Shown one piece after another: positions 14,270 through 26,699 of a DNA stretch of 64,000 bases; position 1 is the first letter of the stretch; each line of letters starts with the position of its first letter. This DNA comes from Raillietiella orientalis (Eukaryota). Made by a program: the position numbers and the translations under genes. Under the pieces are notes generated by a model. The model ran no database searches. It was not told where the DNA came from and saw nothing but the letters and a program-made list of their open reading frames with translations. The stretch covers positions 2,666,001-2,730,000 of the forward strand of contig JAYWIR010000021.1 in NCBI GenBank assembly GCA_036172245.1. Reading direction: 5' to 3'.

Positions 14270-15420
14270 AATAAAAGTTCATCTTCGATTTCCGGAGTAC
14301 TTTCAGGGATTCTAATCGTTTGATCTGATTTAAATGGTCCACAGAATCTGGGATCTCTTCCGGGACTAATTTCCGTAACGCAGGAAAGGTGGACGAGAAA
14401 GATGCACGAGAAGAGGCACAGGGCAGACCCTGTAAATGCGTTTCAGGAATCATGGATCCCTACTGAATACTTCATTTCTGATCTAAACAATGCATAGAAT
14501 GGTACAGGACAGAGAGGCTGCTAGCTGCAGAATGGTACGTGGAGAAACAGAAGAGGGAAGACATGCAGAATCGCTTAAACCAAAATCTGTAAGTGCAGTT
14601 CCTTCTATCAAAAGGGGAACAAAAAAAAAGACTTATCTGTCTGAGTTCCGAAAGTCGAGGAGGAATGGTAAATCACAAAAAAAAGCTCTGTGATCACAGG
14701 ATAGAAAGTCTGCCAGCGCAATTCTGAAACCTCTGCTCGCTCCAGCTCACCAGGAGTAAGAGGAGAGAAAAGGGAGAAGCCACTGTTGGGAGATGGTAAA
14801 CGACCCGAAGAGAGAGAACCTGATTTGCATCTTTAGAAACAGAACACACGAAAGCGTCTTGGAGATGCTGAGACGCCCGCTCCGCTTGTTCCGAGAATTG
14901 GTTTGCGAGAACGGCAATTGGTCGATCTTCCTGCTCAGCCGTTCATCACTCTGTCCTCTTCTTTCACTAGAGCGTTCTTCAGAGAAGTCTGAGATCCTCT
15001 TCCTTAAATCGGAAGAGCAGCCTCCATCCTTTGTGCGAGAGATACAACAGCTTCAAATTTTAGGTTTTTATTTCTTTACTTATTTTCCTGAGGCTTCCCT
15101 GAGAAGATGCAAGGCTCATAATGTTTTGCCTTCGAGGAAAAATTTGTCCACAAGCAAACCAGGAGGTCTCTTTGATCGCCCGGAACAAGTGAGGAGCTGA
15201 CAGATAAGACGACGCTGGCGCTCCCTGCATCCAGTGGAAATTGAAGAGGCGGACTAGATGGTAGATTTGGAAGGGCGTTCGTGTTTTTCCCCACTTTTTT
15301 CGATACCCCGCATGTTCCCTCCCTATCTGCGCTAACCGCCTTCGAGGCCGACCACACTGTCTTCCTGCTTTCTGCCTTTCTTCTTTTCCCCCGCCAAATA
15401 GCGGGATGGGAACCAAATCT
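14270..15420 (-). mobile_element. Degraded LINE reverse-transcriptase fragment
   Basis: FQIYHLVRLFN (~FRPISL.N) and GQIFPRRQNIMSLASSQG (~Q.AF..GRQI.DN...AQE) in ORF 15060-15416; VMNG; SQILW and SLKVLRKSK (~FLW...W.KVC.PK) near 14350-14290. Confidence 0.5.
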
Positions 15421-15894
15421 CCTCCAAGCAGCGAATTCGGAAACCACCGGCGAATGCGTTCGTCGGTCCTCTTGGATCCGCCGAAGAAGTGGACTCCGCC
15501 CGTAGAGGAACAGGAGAGTGCTCAGGAAGTGGTCAGAATTTCGTGCGCTTTTGCGCTCTTTGCGGCACGGAAGTAGATTTCCCGAGTACGTGTCGGTACA
15601 CATGCAGGAAGCTCGAGCAATCCACTTTTTTACAGATGTACAGCAACTTGCAGTTTGTTAGTCACGTAGTGTACACACAGGTTGCGCAGTGAACATCGAA
15701 ACGCGGAGCGTGGCGTGTGCGATCGTCATTCTTATGTACACACGGGTGTACGTGTGCGCGCACTGCTGTCGTCATGAATCCGGGGAACGACAGATGCCAT
15801 CCTGCAGAATGTGCGTACGAACGCCAACATGCACAAGAACAACCTAGCAACACATTTCCATGTTCAATTATCTGCTTACGTGTAGGAGCAGCAC

Positions 15895-16135
15895 AAATTG
15901 GCGAGTTACGGTGCTTGCAAGTACCTGCAATCCTTTAAGTGCAACGGAAAAATTCGTCACAGATTGGATTAAGAGGACGTGCGCTGTCCATCTGAGGATG
16001 TTAACCAATCAAGGAACCGATCCCTCCTGACAACTGCTTGTTGTGGATTCGATGCTCTTCAGCAACTAAACTACACGAACAGACAAAGGAACTCTGAAGT
16101 TGCAGGTACTTGCAAGCAGCGTAACCCGCCAGTTT
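15895..16135. repeat. 36-bp inverted repeat (33/36 match) with 169-nt spacer; fold-back element
   Basis: 15895-15930 AAATTGGCGAGTTACGGTGCTTGCAAGTACCTGCAA versus 16100-16135 TTGCAGGTACTTGCAAGCAGCGTAACCCGCCAGTTT. The reverse complement differs at 3 positions. Confidence 0.95.
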
Positions 16136-16949
16136 CAGAGAGATTTTCATCGAATCAAGTCCATCAAGAGGTCTGATTATCATTCCGTGGAGAAAGCAAG
16201 AGAGGAAAAGGGAGGGCAGAAAGAACCTTCCCTTGAATTGCATCATCTGGTGGGTGGCTACTCGGCATCTCTTAAAAGCAGTGAGGGCTTCTGTCACGTG
16301 ATCGTTTCGTTTGGGATATGGAAGGAGGCAAAGAGGAAAAAGCCTTTTTGGGGACGAATTGAATTTATGGCACACTTTTTATTGATATCATCGATTGGGT
16401 GGGTGGGGGTGGGGGGTAATGCAACCTTCATCTTTCCACTCTTGTATCAACTTCCACTCTTTAGCAACTGTACGGTGGAGACAAAGAAACGAGTTTGGTT
16501 TCGAGCTACAGCTGGGCCTCAGCTCAAGACGAATTTCTCCTCCAAACGACGCTCAGCAGTCGTGGTGGTGGTGATCTTCTAGCCATCTGAAGATTGATTT
16601 GACCTGCTACAGTTGCTACGAACATCGACAATAGCTCAAGAGCTCATCCGCAAGTCACTTTAGCGAGCTGATGGTTTGTAGGTCTTGAAGCTCTTTGCGG
16701 CTGTCGACGGAATGGTTCGGTGTTCTCCGGTGAGCTCAAACGGGGCCCTGCAGGAAGTCCTATGGCGTTCCTGAGAGGGCGAAGATGGGATCGGTTCCCC
16801 AGAGGAGGCTTCCAGACTTCCTGCCTTCTCTCGTCAGAGCGGACTTCCATTCTTGCATGGATGAGAATCACTCTTCGTTGGCAGCATCCTCACTTTACGG
16901 CAGGATGGTGACGGTCAGGTGTGGCGGAGCGATGTTCTTCGAGTGAAGG

Positions 16950-17300
16950 GGAGAACTAGAAGCGGAAACGGTCGTCCCGAGCATTCAGGCGAGTCTCCGT
17001 TGGCAACCGTTGCCCGCCTCTGCTCACCTGTCCGTTTCGATCACTGCGGTGGGTGAAGAGGGTGGGAAACTCGCCGGATGGAATCTTTCGGATCCAGCGC
17101 CGGGCCAGGTGAGAGAGATCCCCTGGTAGGTTGCTGGAGCTCTTCGTTACAGGAAGGGCGTTTCGCGGACAGACGATGGTGATGCTGGTCGGCAACGGCG
17201 TCCTCGCTCGCGCAACCGCCTGATTGCAAAGCGAAGTCTCCGGAAGAAGGGAAAAGAAAACAAAGCTGCTCGTTTTCCCACGCCGTCGCACAGGACCGCG
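16950..17300 (-). mobile_element. Possible LINE ORF1 (DUF4283-like) relic
   Basis: ORF 16956-17444: SFVFFSLL...AVARARTP...ARRWIRKIPSGEF (~F.F.F...VL..GP...VWIRLP.LP.E). Confidence 0.35.
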
Positions 17301-19199
17301 GGATGGCGGCTGTGCTGCTAACGACGCTTCGGCAACCGTTGGCAGCCCATCCCTTAACCCCCCCATCCCCATCCCCCCGCCTCGCCATCCGCCGACGGTT
17401 CGCGACTTCGGGTCCCGACTCCCTCCAGAGGCTCCAACGTCCACTTTCCTGGCTCCGCTGCTCGCCCGTTTTCCTCTGCGCGGAGAGAGTAGTCGTTCCT
17501 CAAGGGCGGCGCATCCTGTCGGCCGTTTCTTTCAGTTGCAGCTGCTACTATCGGCACCCCCGGTTTTGGTGAGAGGACGTGCTAGGAGCACGGTTGCATC
17601 TCCCTCCCGGGACGAGTCAGAGAAGCGGTCTTTTGCAAGGGGAAAAGCAGTTTCTGGTCGCAGAGCTCTAGGAGAGGGGAGACGGACAATCTTCGGGAGC
17701 TGGCAGAGCTCGAGAGAGGTTTTCCAGTCCACGTTTGTTATTTGGACTATTCGGATGATGGATTGGGGAATTCCCGATGTAATCTTGCACGAAACGCTCC
17801 AACGAACAGGGAATAATTAGGTAATCGAGAATCCCTATTTAGTGGGGATGCTCATTCGTATGACGAAATCAATGTATCTTGGAAACGTCACTCTTCTTGT
17901 TCTGCTAGCCCAAATCTTAGCGAAGTCATCGGTGTGTTTCAGACATCAGGAAGGCGCCCTCTTCCATCTTAGGCAGGCAGCAGGTTCTGACAGCTGCGTG
18001 CCTCTCTCAAGATTAAAACCGAAATCGAAAAGGATCAAAAGAGTAAGAGGCTAAGGAGGAGGAAGTCCATGACCCTTGGTGCCGTGAGCTGGGCTGGAGG
18101 CGAACCCCCGGTTGCCCCCGCGCTGGAACGGAAGCAGGTGCCAGGGTCGCAGCGACGTGAGCGCGCTGCGGTGGCAGCCGCGGCTTCATCCTCGCCAAGG
18201 CAGAGAGGATGCTGCATGGATGCTCCTATGCTCCTCCTCTTCTGCCGCCGCCTCGCAGTCACGAGCGTCTGGCTGCCTCCCGGTGAGCAGCGAGGGCGTA
18301 CCGGACGCAGCTCTTGCCGCAGTGCCTAAAGAGTGGCCTGCTTGCGAGACCGCATCCCGTCCCGAGGCGCCTCCTCCCGTCGCGAGATCAAAAAACAGGA
18401 ATAAGGGCGTTTGCATCCTCTCCCCAAAAATTGTCACCTTTTTTTTTTTTTTTTTTTACGCGCGCCCCCAGAAAATATTCTTTCCTCTCCCTTGCTACCG
18501 GAGGCTGCATTATCCGATCGATCAGACCGCGCAAACGGTCAGCTACTTCCCCGAGAAGCCGCCAGGTCGGCGTGCCCGTTTCTCTCATCCTTTCGGATCT
18601 TCTGCTCCGACGATTCCTCCATGCGGAACAGGACACGAGTAGGTAACGAGTTCATCCATCCATTCGATCGCTGTCATCCCATAGCACTGAGGGCTCCCCT
18701 AGCATTGGCTCCAGGGATCACGCCGTTTCCCTTTTTCCTCCCATCTCACCCATCTCCATTCTCCCCCTGCCTTTCCTCTCTTCCTGCTAGGAAAGTAAAG
18801 ACAAAAGGAGGGGGACCGAGATCCCGGAGGAAAGGGGGGAGTCCAGTAGCGGCAAAGATCTCTCTTTCTCTTCCTGCCTCTCGGGAGGAGAAAAAAGGGG
18901 AGAGGGCGACGGAAACGACAACAATAGCAGCAGTAACAGCAAACAGAATAGAACGGAGCAGAAGAAAAGGGAAGGAAGAGACGAAGAGGAGGCGGAAGAG
19001 AGGAAAGGGGAAAACTAAGATCGCCATTGTTTTTTTTCCCCTTCCCAAAATCTTCGCAGCATCAAGAACAAGACCAGGACCGAATGGCAGCACCAGCGCC
19101 TCCGACCAGCTTGCTTTCTGCCGTGGAGAGCCGATGGTGGAGGGATCTGCTTGTTGCTAGGGACGATGGGAGGAGAAGCGGAAAGTGAAGTGCCCGGGA

Positions 19200-19700
19200 T
19201 GCTGCAAAGGCGACGATCTTTTCTGCTCACCGCCGATTCAGTCCGACGTGGGGAGACAGGGGAGGGAGGGGCCGGAGCGCGAAGGAGGAAGAGGAGGAGG
19301 GTGATCTGATGAGGTGCTCTCTGAGCTGAGCTTGATGTGGCACTCGCTGAGGGATCTTCCGTGAGAGAAAGCTGCATTCTTGCTTCTCCCCCTCTTCACC
19401 ATTCGGGCTCCGGGAGTCTCCCCTTAGTCAAATCTCTTCTCAGGGAAGAACTTCGGAATCTTCTTTCCTTTCCTGCCTGAGAGAAGCTCCTGCCATTCCT
19501 GGACCTGTGCGAGTGTGGCCACCCCATGGGCACGCCTGTGCCGCAGACCTCCTCGTGGACCTTCTTGAAGGATCGGCAGGAGGCAGAGGAATGGGATGCC
19601 AAGGCGGTGGGATGCCACTCGCTTCTCTTTTTTCCTGCCCATTTGTTTCCTCCTCTCCTCTCTCCCCTGGCACATGCGGAGGTTCGTTTCTCTCCTCTCC
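19200..19700 (+). mobile_element. Possible LINE ORF1 relic
   Basis: TIRAPGVSP (~WIR.PGLP, ~19400) followed by GHACAADLLVDLL (~ARVCV.VDL, ~19530). Weak match. Confidence 0.3.
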
Positions 19701-21389
19701 TGGACGCCTGTAGGATGGACCATCTCCGAAGGCGTGAGGAGGAAGCAGACGCGCCACTCGGGAAACGCACGGCGGCTCGGCGCACGCGTCGTTTTCTCTG
19801 CAGCCCCAACCCGCGCTCCCCCTCCCCAGACGGAGGCTCTGGCGGACGTCCGTCCCGCCCTTCTACCACGCCCACTGCGGCGCTGGGGACTGCCGCTCTT
19901 CGATTTCCACCATCTCCCCGAGTAGGCGCCGTCGTCGCCTGCCCCTGGGGTGCTCGGCCACTCAGGGAACGTCTCGATCTCCCTACGCTCTTTCTCTGAC
20001 CCTCCCTCTAGCACCAGGACGTGACATTGCGCCCCGTATCGCGACAGGGATCCAGGGTAGTTGACCCTTTCTCTCCTGGAGGGGGGCTCCCGCGACGCGG
20101 CGCGACTAGACGTCGGCAGCAGCGGCTGGAAGGTCGTGCGTCTGGCGACGAGCAGGCGCGCGCGTGGAGTCGGCGAGCGGACCTCTTCTTCCCTTTTCCC
20201 CTCACCCTCCTCCCCTATTCTAGAAGGGACCCAGAGCGCCCTCCAACGGCACTCGGTCGACCTTGAAAAGCTACGTTTGGGAATGGAGCGATGGAGGTCG
20301 CAGCTGCGCAGAAGCGCTCACGTGAGGGGCAGGAAGAGAAGTAGGGAAAGTCTGGAAGGAGACGCTTCTTTCGATTGGCATCAGCGATGTATCTCACCGT
20401 TGCTGTCTTTTCCTTGGCAAGGAGACCTCATGCATCCTGGTGGGAAGAAGGAAACCTCATCCCTCTGGAGAACGCAAGTGAGTCGGGATCACGGCGACGG
20501 CCGTCGAGGCTGAGGTGGCTGCTGCCTTTGCTCCCAGAGAGGAGGTCGAGTGAGTCGCTGGTGCCGCCGCTTCTCGGACCCATCCACGAAACCGGATAGA
20601 GACTCTCTCTAGAACCTCTCCAAGCATCTCCATCCATCTGGAAGCTGGAAAGAAGAGAGGAATGCGAGCGAAGTAAGATGACGGGGGAGCAAGTGGGAGG
20701 GTTGAAGAAACTACTGGAAGTGACCCTCGTTTTCGTCAATCGTCCAATGCAGCTGCCTCAGTCTTACTGAGCGGTATCTTCGCTTCCCTCTTCCGCTCTT
20801 CCTTTTCTGCTCTGCTTTCTCCCTGGTTTGGGCTGGCAACCCAAAAGGATGCTCAGGCTGAATTGCGGACGATGGAGGAGCAGACGAAACAGATGAGCCC
20901 TCTATCCTTACTCGGCAAAGGAATAGGGGAGAAAAGTTCCTGAGTACTCCCTGAAGGTCGATGACCCTTTACTGTGTCTTCCCTTGATCGCTGGGTCAGC
21001 TCTCTTGCTCTGGAGCGTGTGCATGTGTGCGCATCGGAAAGGAGGCCATGAAAACCATCTGTGAGTCAGTGGTCACAGGTTCTCCTGCCTCTGCCCCTTC
21101 TATCTCCTGATCTGTCCCGGGAAGCGCTACTGACTACTGGAAAGAAGATGGAAGGTCCCACTGGACAGAAGGACAAGTCGAGTCAGGAGTCCTCTTCTAA
21201 CTGTGGAAGAGGTCTCTCTATCCGGAGGTGTATCAGGAAGGCTCGAAGAGAACCATCACCACTCCGGTACCGTGGAAGAATCCCTGAAGAGGATCTCGAG
21301 CGACTCTTTGGTTTTCAGGGAGATTTTCAGGGAGACAATAGCTGCTTCCCTCCCTCGCTTGCTGGCATCCTTATCCTTCCCCCCTCTCC

Positions 21390-21411
21390 AGCACCCTAAT
21401 GTTAGGGTGCT
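21390..21411. repeat. Perfect 10-bp inverted repeat, 2-nt spacer
   Basis: AGCACCCTAA-TG-TTAGGGTGCT, read directly. Confidence 0.9.
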
Positions 21412-21419
21412 AGAGGGTT

Positions 21420-22700
21420 AAGGGTTGAGGGTCTTCAGACAGGCGATGGAGAAAGTGCCAGTAACTGTAAGGCGCTCGCACAGTTGGAGCAGTGAGTCTT
21501 CCACTTCTTCCTACTTGGACATGAGGCTTGACTGTCCTACTTCTTGCCAACGGCCCCCTCTCCCAAATAAATCCCTGCTCCCTTTGAGAGACCTCTCCGA
21601 GACGAACATCCCTCCCTTTTCCCACGGGGAATTAACAGAGGTGGGTATCAGGGGAGGAAGAGAAATGGGCGAAGACGACCCTGTTCCAGGGCCCATCTTC
21701 GAGCCCTTACTTTTGCCTTTGAACATCGTCGTGTCTCCGCACTACGCCCTCCGTTCGCACGCAGATTCATACTGTAAGGGTGTATCGGGACCATGCTTTC
21801 CTGGAAGAAGCCCGTCTCTTTTCGGTTCCCCTTCCCCTACCCGTTGAGTGTTCGCAAGAGCTCGACTCTCCACGTTCTTTGCAGTCGTGAGATACCACAG
21901 TAGAGACACTGCCTCGGGCTGACGACTGCGACCCATCCTTCGCCCTCTCGGAATCTCGTACCGGCATTTACGTCTCTCCCTCGTTTGCATGTAAACCGGC
22001 TGCTGGCGTTCAGTAATGTCCCCACTCTGCGTCTTGAGAGAGTGCTCGGGGGAGATATCAAACTTCCTGCTCTCTAGGTGACCATTCGTCTCAGCGGCCC
22101 CACTGGGAGATCTGTGTGCCTCTGATTGGGATGGTCACTGACCACCCACGCAGGCAGAGAATCTGCTCCTCCATCTCATCCCACGATCTTTTCCCCCAGC
22201 CGCCGCCTTCGGCCATGCCACCCGCCCCTACTAGAGAGAATGATTGATTTCCTCTTCGGCTCTGGCCAAAACGTCCTTCCGTCTCTGGATGCGTTTTTTC
22301 TGTTGGAGGTGGAAGGAATATCTGCTTGCTACTGATGTCCAGCCTCCATCAAGGGTCTTCTTCACGAGGACAGGTGATCCTTCTAGACACCTGGTGATTA
22401 CGAGATCGGAAAGAGAACGCCAGACTATTTCCGAATTGAAGAAATCTGCGAGGATGGGGATCCAAATTTAGTGCTTCGTGTTTTCTTAATGACAAGCGTT
22501 GAGTGGGCCGTTTTTCTGTCCCGTGGTCCCTTTGACGATATCTCTTTCCGCGAGAGGGACAGAGACTTTGGAAAAGTCTTCCACACTTGTTCCTTGAGGG
22601 CAGAAGCTTTTCTCTTCCGCATCCTCCCACTGCAAACCTTCAGGGACATCTCGAGACCGGTCTGGGTATACCATTTCTGTCAGGACTGAGTTTCCTCTTT
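21420..22700 (-). mobile_element. Degraded LINE ORF1 (DUF4283 + zinc-knuckle ghosts)
   Basis: KKTLDGGWTSVASRYSFHLQ (~VL.GGPW..A.R...LQ, ~22360-22300), ISLPPLIPTSV (~IDL.KPLIP), RWQEV (~WQ.V.YE), QLCERLTVTGTFSIAC (decayed CCHC, ~21485-21440). Confidence 0.45.
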
Positions 22701-23599
22701 CTTTGAGTTTCCATTTCCTCTTTCTCTCCAAATTTCCTGCACAAGCTCTCCTATCCGCCTTGCAAGTTCGCTTCTGCCAAGAAAATAGGAACAGCTGGCT
22801 CTGTCACGACACGTGCTGAAAAATTTACAGCTCCTTCCATCTCAACGAGCAGTCGAGGAATAAGGGTGGAATCCTTCTACAAGGGTGGGACTAAGCCAGA
22901 ATAGCCTGTCATTCCACTCGAGTGAAGCTTGGATGCATGGTGAATTCTACTTCGGTGAATATCTGAACAGCTCTTTGGTACAGAAAATCAAGGTGAAAGA
23001 TCCTTTTTAGCGTGCTTCATCTGGAGAAGGAAACGCTACGGAAAGAAGGACTTCGCTTTGAGACTGAGCGAAAGGATAGGGAGAAGTGCTGGGTATCTTT
23101 ACTGGTTCCTGAAGGAAGGCGGCGCCTTTGCCTCCAGGACAGCGCGTCTCTCTCGAGATCCATGACGGAAAGAATCCATGGAAACGTCAGAACTCGAATG
23201 AAGACAGGTCAGAACCCCGTCTGGCTAAATGAGGGACACAACTGAGGGAAGATTTCCTGTGGTGGGGACTCCCTCCGTTGAATGCGCACTTTAGGAGCAG
23301 CTTGCACACGTACTGTGAGGCGGTCTAGCAGTTTCGGACCGCGCCTTCTTCCATAGTTGCACAGTGCTTCATCCGGCTGGCCACCCGCATCTTCCTCTCG
23401 CGAAAAAAACCCTTGGCTGACTCCAGAGAACGTTGCGACCTCGTGTTCGCCGAAAAATTTCCGGTCGCTTGAGTGGAATCGGGGTAGTGGGTTGCCAGCT
23501 TTCTTGCTCACCTTTGTAGATGCACGGAAAGAAGATCTCCGCTCTCGAGAATCTGGAAGGCGAAATCCTCAATCCATCATCAAGTCATCCATACTTTCG

Positions 23600-26050
23600 C
23601 TAGCAAAGTTTTCTCCTCTCACAGCCTCCCCTTTCATTTAAATGCGTGCTTCTTAAGAACCCGTTCACGAGCTCTGGTTCCTGGTTTATCTTCTTATCTT
23701 CTTTTCAAATTGCTTGAAACGCTTTATATCTGGAACAGTTCGCAACTCAGACTCCGAGTTGGAGCTATGCTGGAGCGTTTCGCGTTTCCGTGTAAACAGT
23801 TGGATTATGAGTCCGGAAGATGTTTCTTGAGGATCTTCATTGACCACTTTCCTTGATCAGGATGCTTGTGTCTTGAACGCAGAAGGAACACATCTCCAGG
23901 AGGGGAACTGAGTTCTCCACTCCTGGCTGGTCCAGTTGCAACCCAGTATTGCTTCCTCCACCAATACCTCTTTTGGAGTATTTTGAACTTTTCGGAGCTT
24001 CAGGCAGTTCATTCTACAGAGGAATGGACGTTGCTGGTCATTGTCTTCATTTCATGGTTTTCCAATTTGCCTTTTGGGTCACCTGAGGATCCATTCTGCT
24101 TCCTTGGTATCAATGGACTGTGTAGGAGTTTTCCTTCCGTTTCACTCTCCCTCTCTCTCGAATCAGAAGGCAAAGTTGCCTTTCTAGGAGGCGGATTTTT
24201 TGAATTTCACTCCCGGTATTCGTGGTGACGTCATAAGCAGCTCTTCCTTCAGGAAGCTAAATTCTGCAGCTACTGAACTGAGTATGTTTTTCGTTTTCCA
24301 ATCTTTTTTTTTCCCCCCATCTTTCGCCATTTAGCATCACTGTTGAAAGTCACCATCCTTGGAAGTGGGAATGCTTTACTTGTGAGAAACAACAACAAAA
24401 AAATTAAGGGAACTGATTCGATCTTTTTATTCTGATCTGTTTTTTCTGACTTATCGATTTCTCCCTGCAAAGGTTCTAAGGCAAGCTTTCGAAGATGAGG
24501 ATATTGGGCATGATAAAAAACTGAATCAGCTGTCTAATGATTCAGCCTCTGGTGAGAGCTGTATAAAGAGAGTCTTATTTCTTCGATCGCTCCATGGAAG
24601 CACTTCGAAATAGACGTGGAAGGAATGAGTCAAAGATCTCAAAATGGAAGCAGAGGAAAGTCATGAGGACAAATTTTTCCACCGCTTTTGGAAAGGTAAG
24701 TTCAGCGGCCACTTTCCTTCTCAAGTCGTGAGAACTGTGGCTAGGAAAGAGTCTGCTTCCCCGGGAGAAGGCTAAGAGGAGCACAAGAGCAAGTTAGAGG
24801 GCACCCTCTTCCGTAATGATTGCTCCTTGGCCTCATGCAGAGCATCAGCTTGGGAAGATTTAAGAGGAAGAAAGGAGGGAAGAATCCACGTTTTTGCAAA
24901 AAAGTATGGCAAGATCTTCAAAGTTGACGAAGCGAAGGTGTTGTGAAGATAGCTTGAACTTTAGGATTACGAATCTCGAGGCAGCGACGAATGAAAGAGG
25001 AAGACCGGCGTGGTGAGGATGGACATCGAGAATGGTCAGCTGAAACATTGGGGATTTCTGTTATCAAAGCACAACCAGATATTTCCTTGCTAAAATGGAA
25101 GAGAATAAGCACACGAATGATGCAGTGGTGTGCTGGAGAAGGTTATTTATCAAGGTCAGCTGATGGCAAGATTTCTCGGTTCGGAAACCTACCTCTCAAA
25201 GGTCATTCTGCATCAGTCCTGGACTCAACAGCAGATCAGAGGAACTCATCTTTAGCTGCATTTTCTCAAAATATTATTCAAGGCATTTTTGCAGTGAGAA
25301 TTTCTCTCTGATGAAATCTCTTGCAAGGATGAAATCTCTTGCAATCATCTGCCAAGGAGAGATTCCTAAAGAAAAACGTCTTACCGTTTTCAGTATATGG
25401 TTCCACTAAGATACCAACTGAAAGAGAAAGGGCTGGAGACGCATTCTTGAAATACAAAGACAGCCTCCTCCTTCTTCTGAATGGAATGAAAGATTGCTGC
25501 TTTCAGACTTGGCAGAGCTCCCTTGAGTAAGAGTTCTTAGGACTTTAGTCAGTGGAACAAAGCAGTACAACTTGATTGCTTCCATGGACCTCTTCGATCC
25601 ACTAACTGCTGTTTCTTGTTTTCTTAGGAACCGTAACATCATCCTCGGGAATAGCAATAACAAGTGACCAGGTTCCTCTCAGAAGGAACCGAGACTTCCC
25701 TAAGAATTATACTTAGCCATCATCCTATTCTCTTGCTCTAGCTGCTTGCTTTTTCTGCCTGTGTTCAAGGTAGAGCATGCTGTCCTTGGCCTGATCCTTA
25801 TGCAAATTCGTTTGCAAAGGTCCACTCTCTTGGATTCAAGAGGCAAAGTACTTCTTTCTGGAGGCAGAGACCTTCTGCTATACATGACACACCTGAAGCT
25901 CATGTGTGAACTCCCTGCGCCTGGAGGAACCTTTTCGCCAATGCGCAAACTCCACTCTCCAAATGTCGGAAACCCTCCAAATCGTGGTGGACGCGAATCC
26001 TGGGGGTACCCTGCAGTGCCAAGTTCAAGTGACCTTTCCACGCCGAGCGA
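23600..26050 (-). mobile_element. Degraded LINE ORF2, 3' half (RT C-terminus, zf-RVT, RNase H)
   Basis: FGEWSLRIGEK (~F...SGL.IN..K), LPPERSTLPL...LNTGR (~LP..YLGLPL...LS..GR), RFLRKQ...FVPLTKVLRTLTQG (~FLW.G...V.W.KVC.P...G), KRVPSN/LLAFSRGSRL (zf-RVT start), PLPRMVTFNSDA (~PP.G.VK.N.D.). Confidence 0.6.
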
Positions 26051-26699
26051 AAATTTTCTCAGTTTGCATGACAGCTTCGAGAGCCCCCGTGTCCAAATTC
26101 GGTAGTTTTCCCGCGTCCGTAAAGGGCTCTCCTTGCCTCCTCCCGGTCTCTCTCCCTTCTCTTAACAGCGGGGTGCTTGCATCTGGGCTCACATTGCGTG
26201 GGCTGCAGGAGCCTCCGCAAAATCCATTTGATCTTCATGTCAGCAAGATATGCAGGGTTCCATGGAAAAATTCCGTTCCCGTGGCACCTGGCTTCATCCG
26301 AAGAGACGTGTTGGAAAGAGGGAGGCTCCGCGACAGAAGTGCAAGAAGGAGGAGACACGACTTTCTTCGTGAACGCCTCCAAAAAAAGTGCAGCCCTTAT
26401 ATCTGTCCTTGCGTCCGTACACTTCTACGGGCGTTCTCATCTTTAAATGGGGGAAGGGTGAGCAGGCATGATGATTTCGAAAAGATTCTGGCGCACCGAA
26501 CGAGGGAGTGGGAAGCGTGTCATGTGAGCCGAAAGAAGCTCCACGTGCACGTCGACGGGAGAGATTCCTTTCAGGGAAAGGGGGAAACGAGGCTCGGTGA
26601 GAAGCAGAGATGGAGAGCAGCTTTCTGGAAGGGCATGTCAGGAAAATCTTCCCATCCGTGCAAAGAGGGAGCCCTCCACTTTGCCGAATCGATGTGATG

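Noticed and set aside
15961..15980. TTGGATTAAGAGG resembling miR159
   Set aside because: Only a short partial match, and it lies in the spacer, not in the main stem.
21390..21427. Telomere-like CCCTAA/TTAGGG words as an interstitial telomere
   Set aside because: Only isolated degenerate units with no array; kept only as a short inverted repeat.
25906..26697. Longest ORF (263 aa), and other 200-250 aa ORFs (1445-2137, 18411-19160, 37376-38101, 38111-38788), as genes
   Set aside because: R/S/P/F-rich composition typical of non-coding frames, no recognisable domain, some read through homopolymer runs, and several are antisense to LINE relics.
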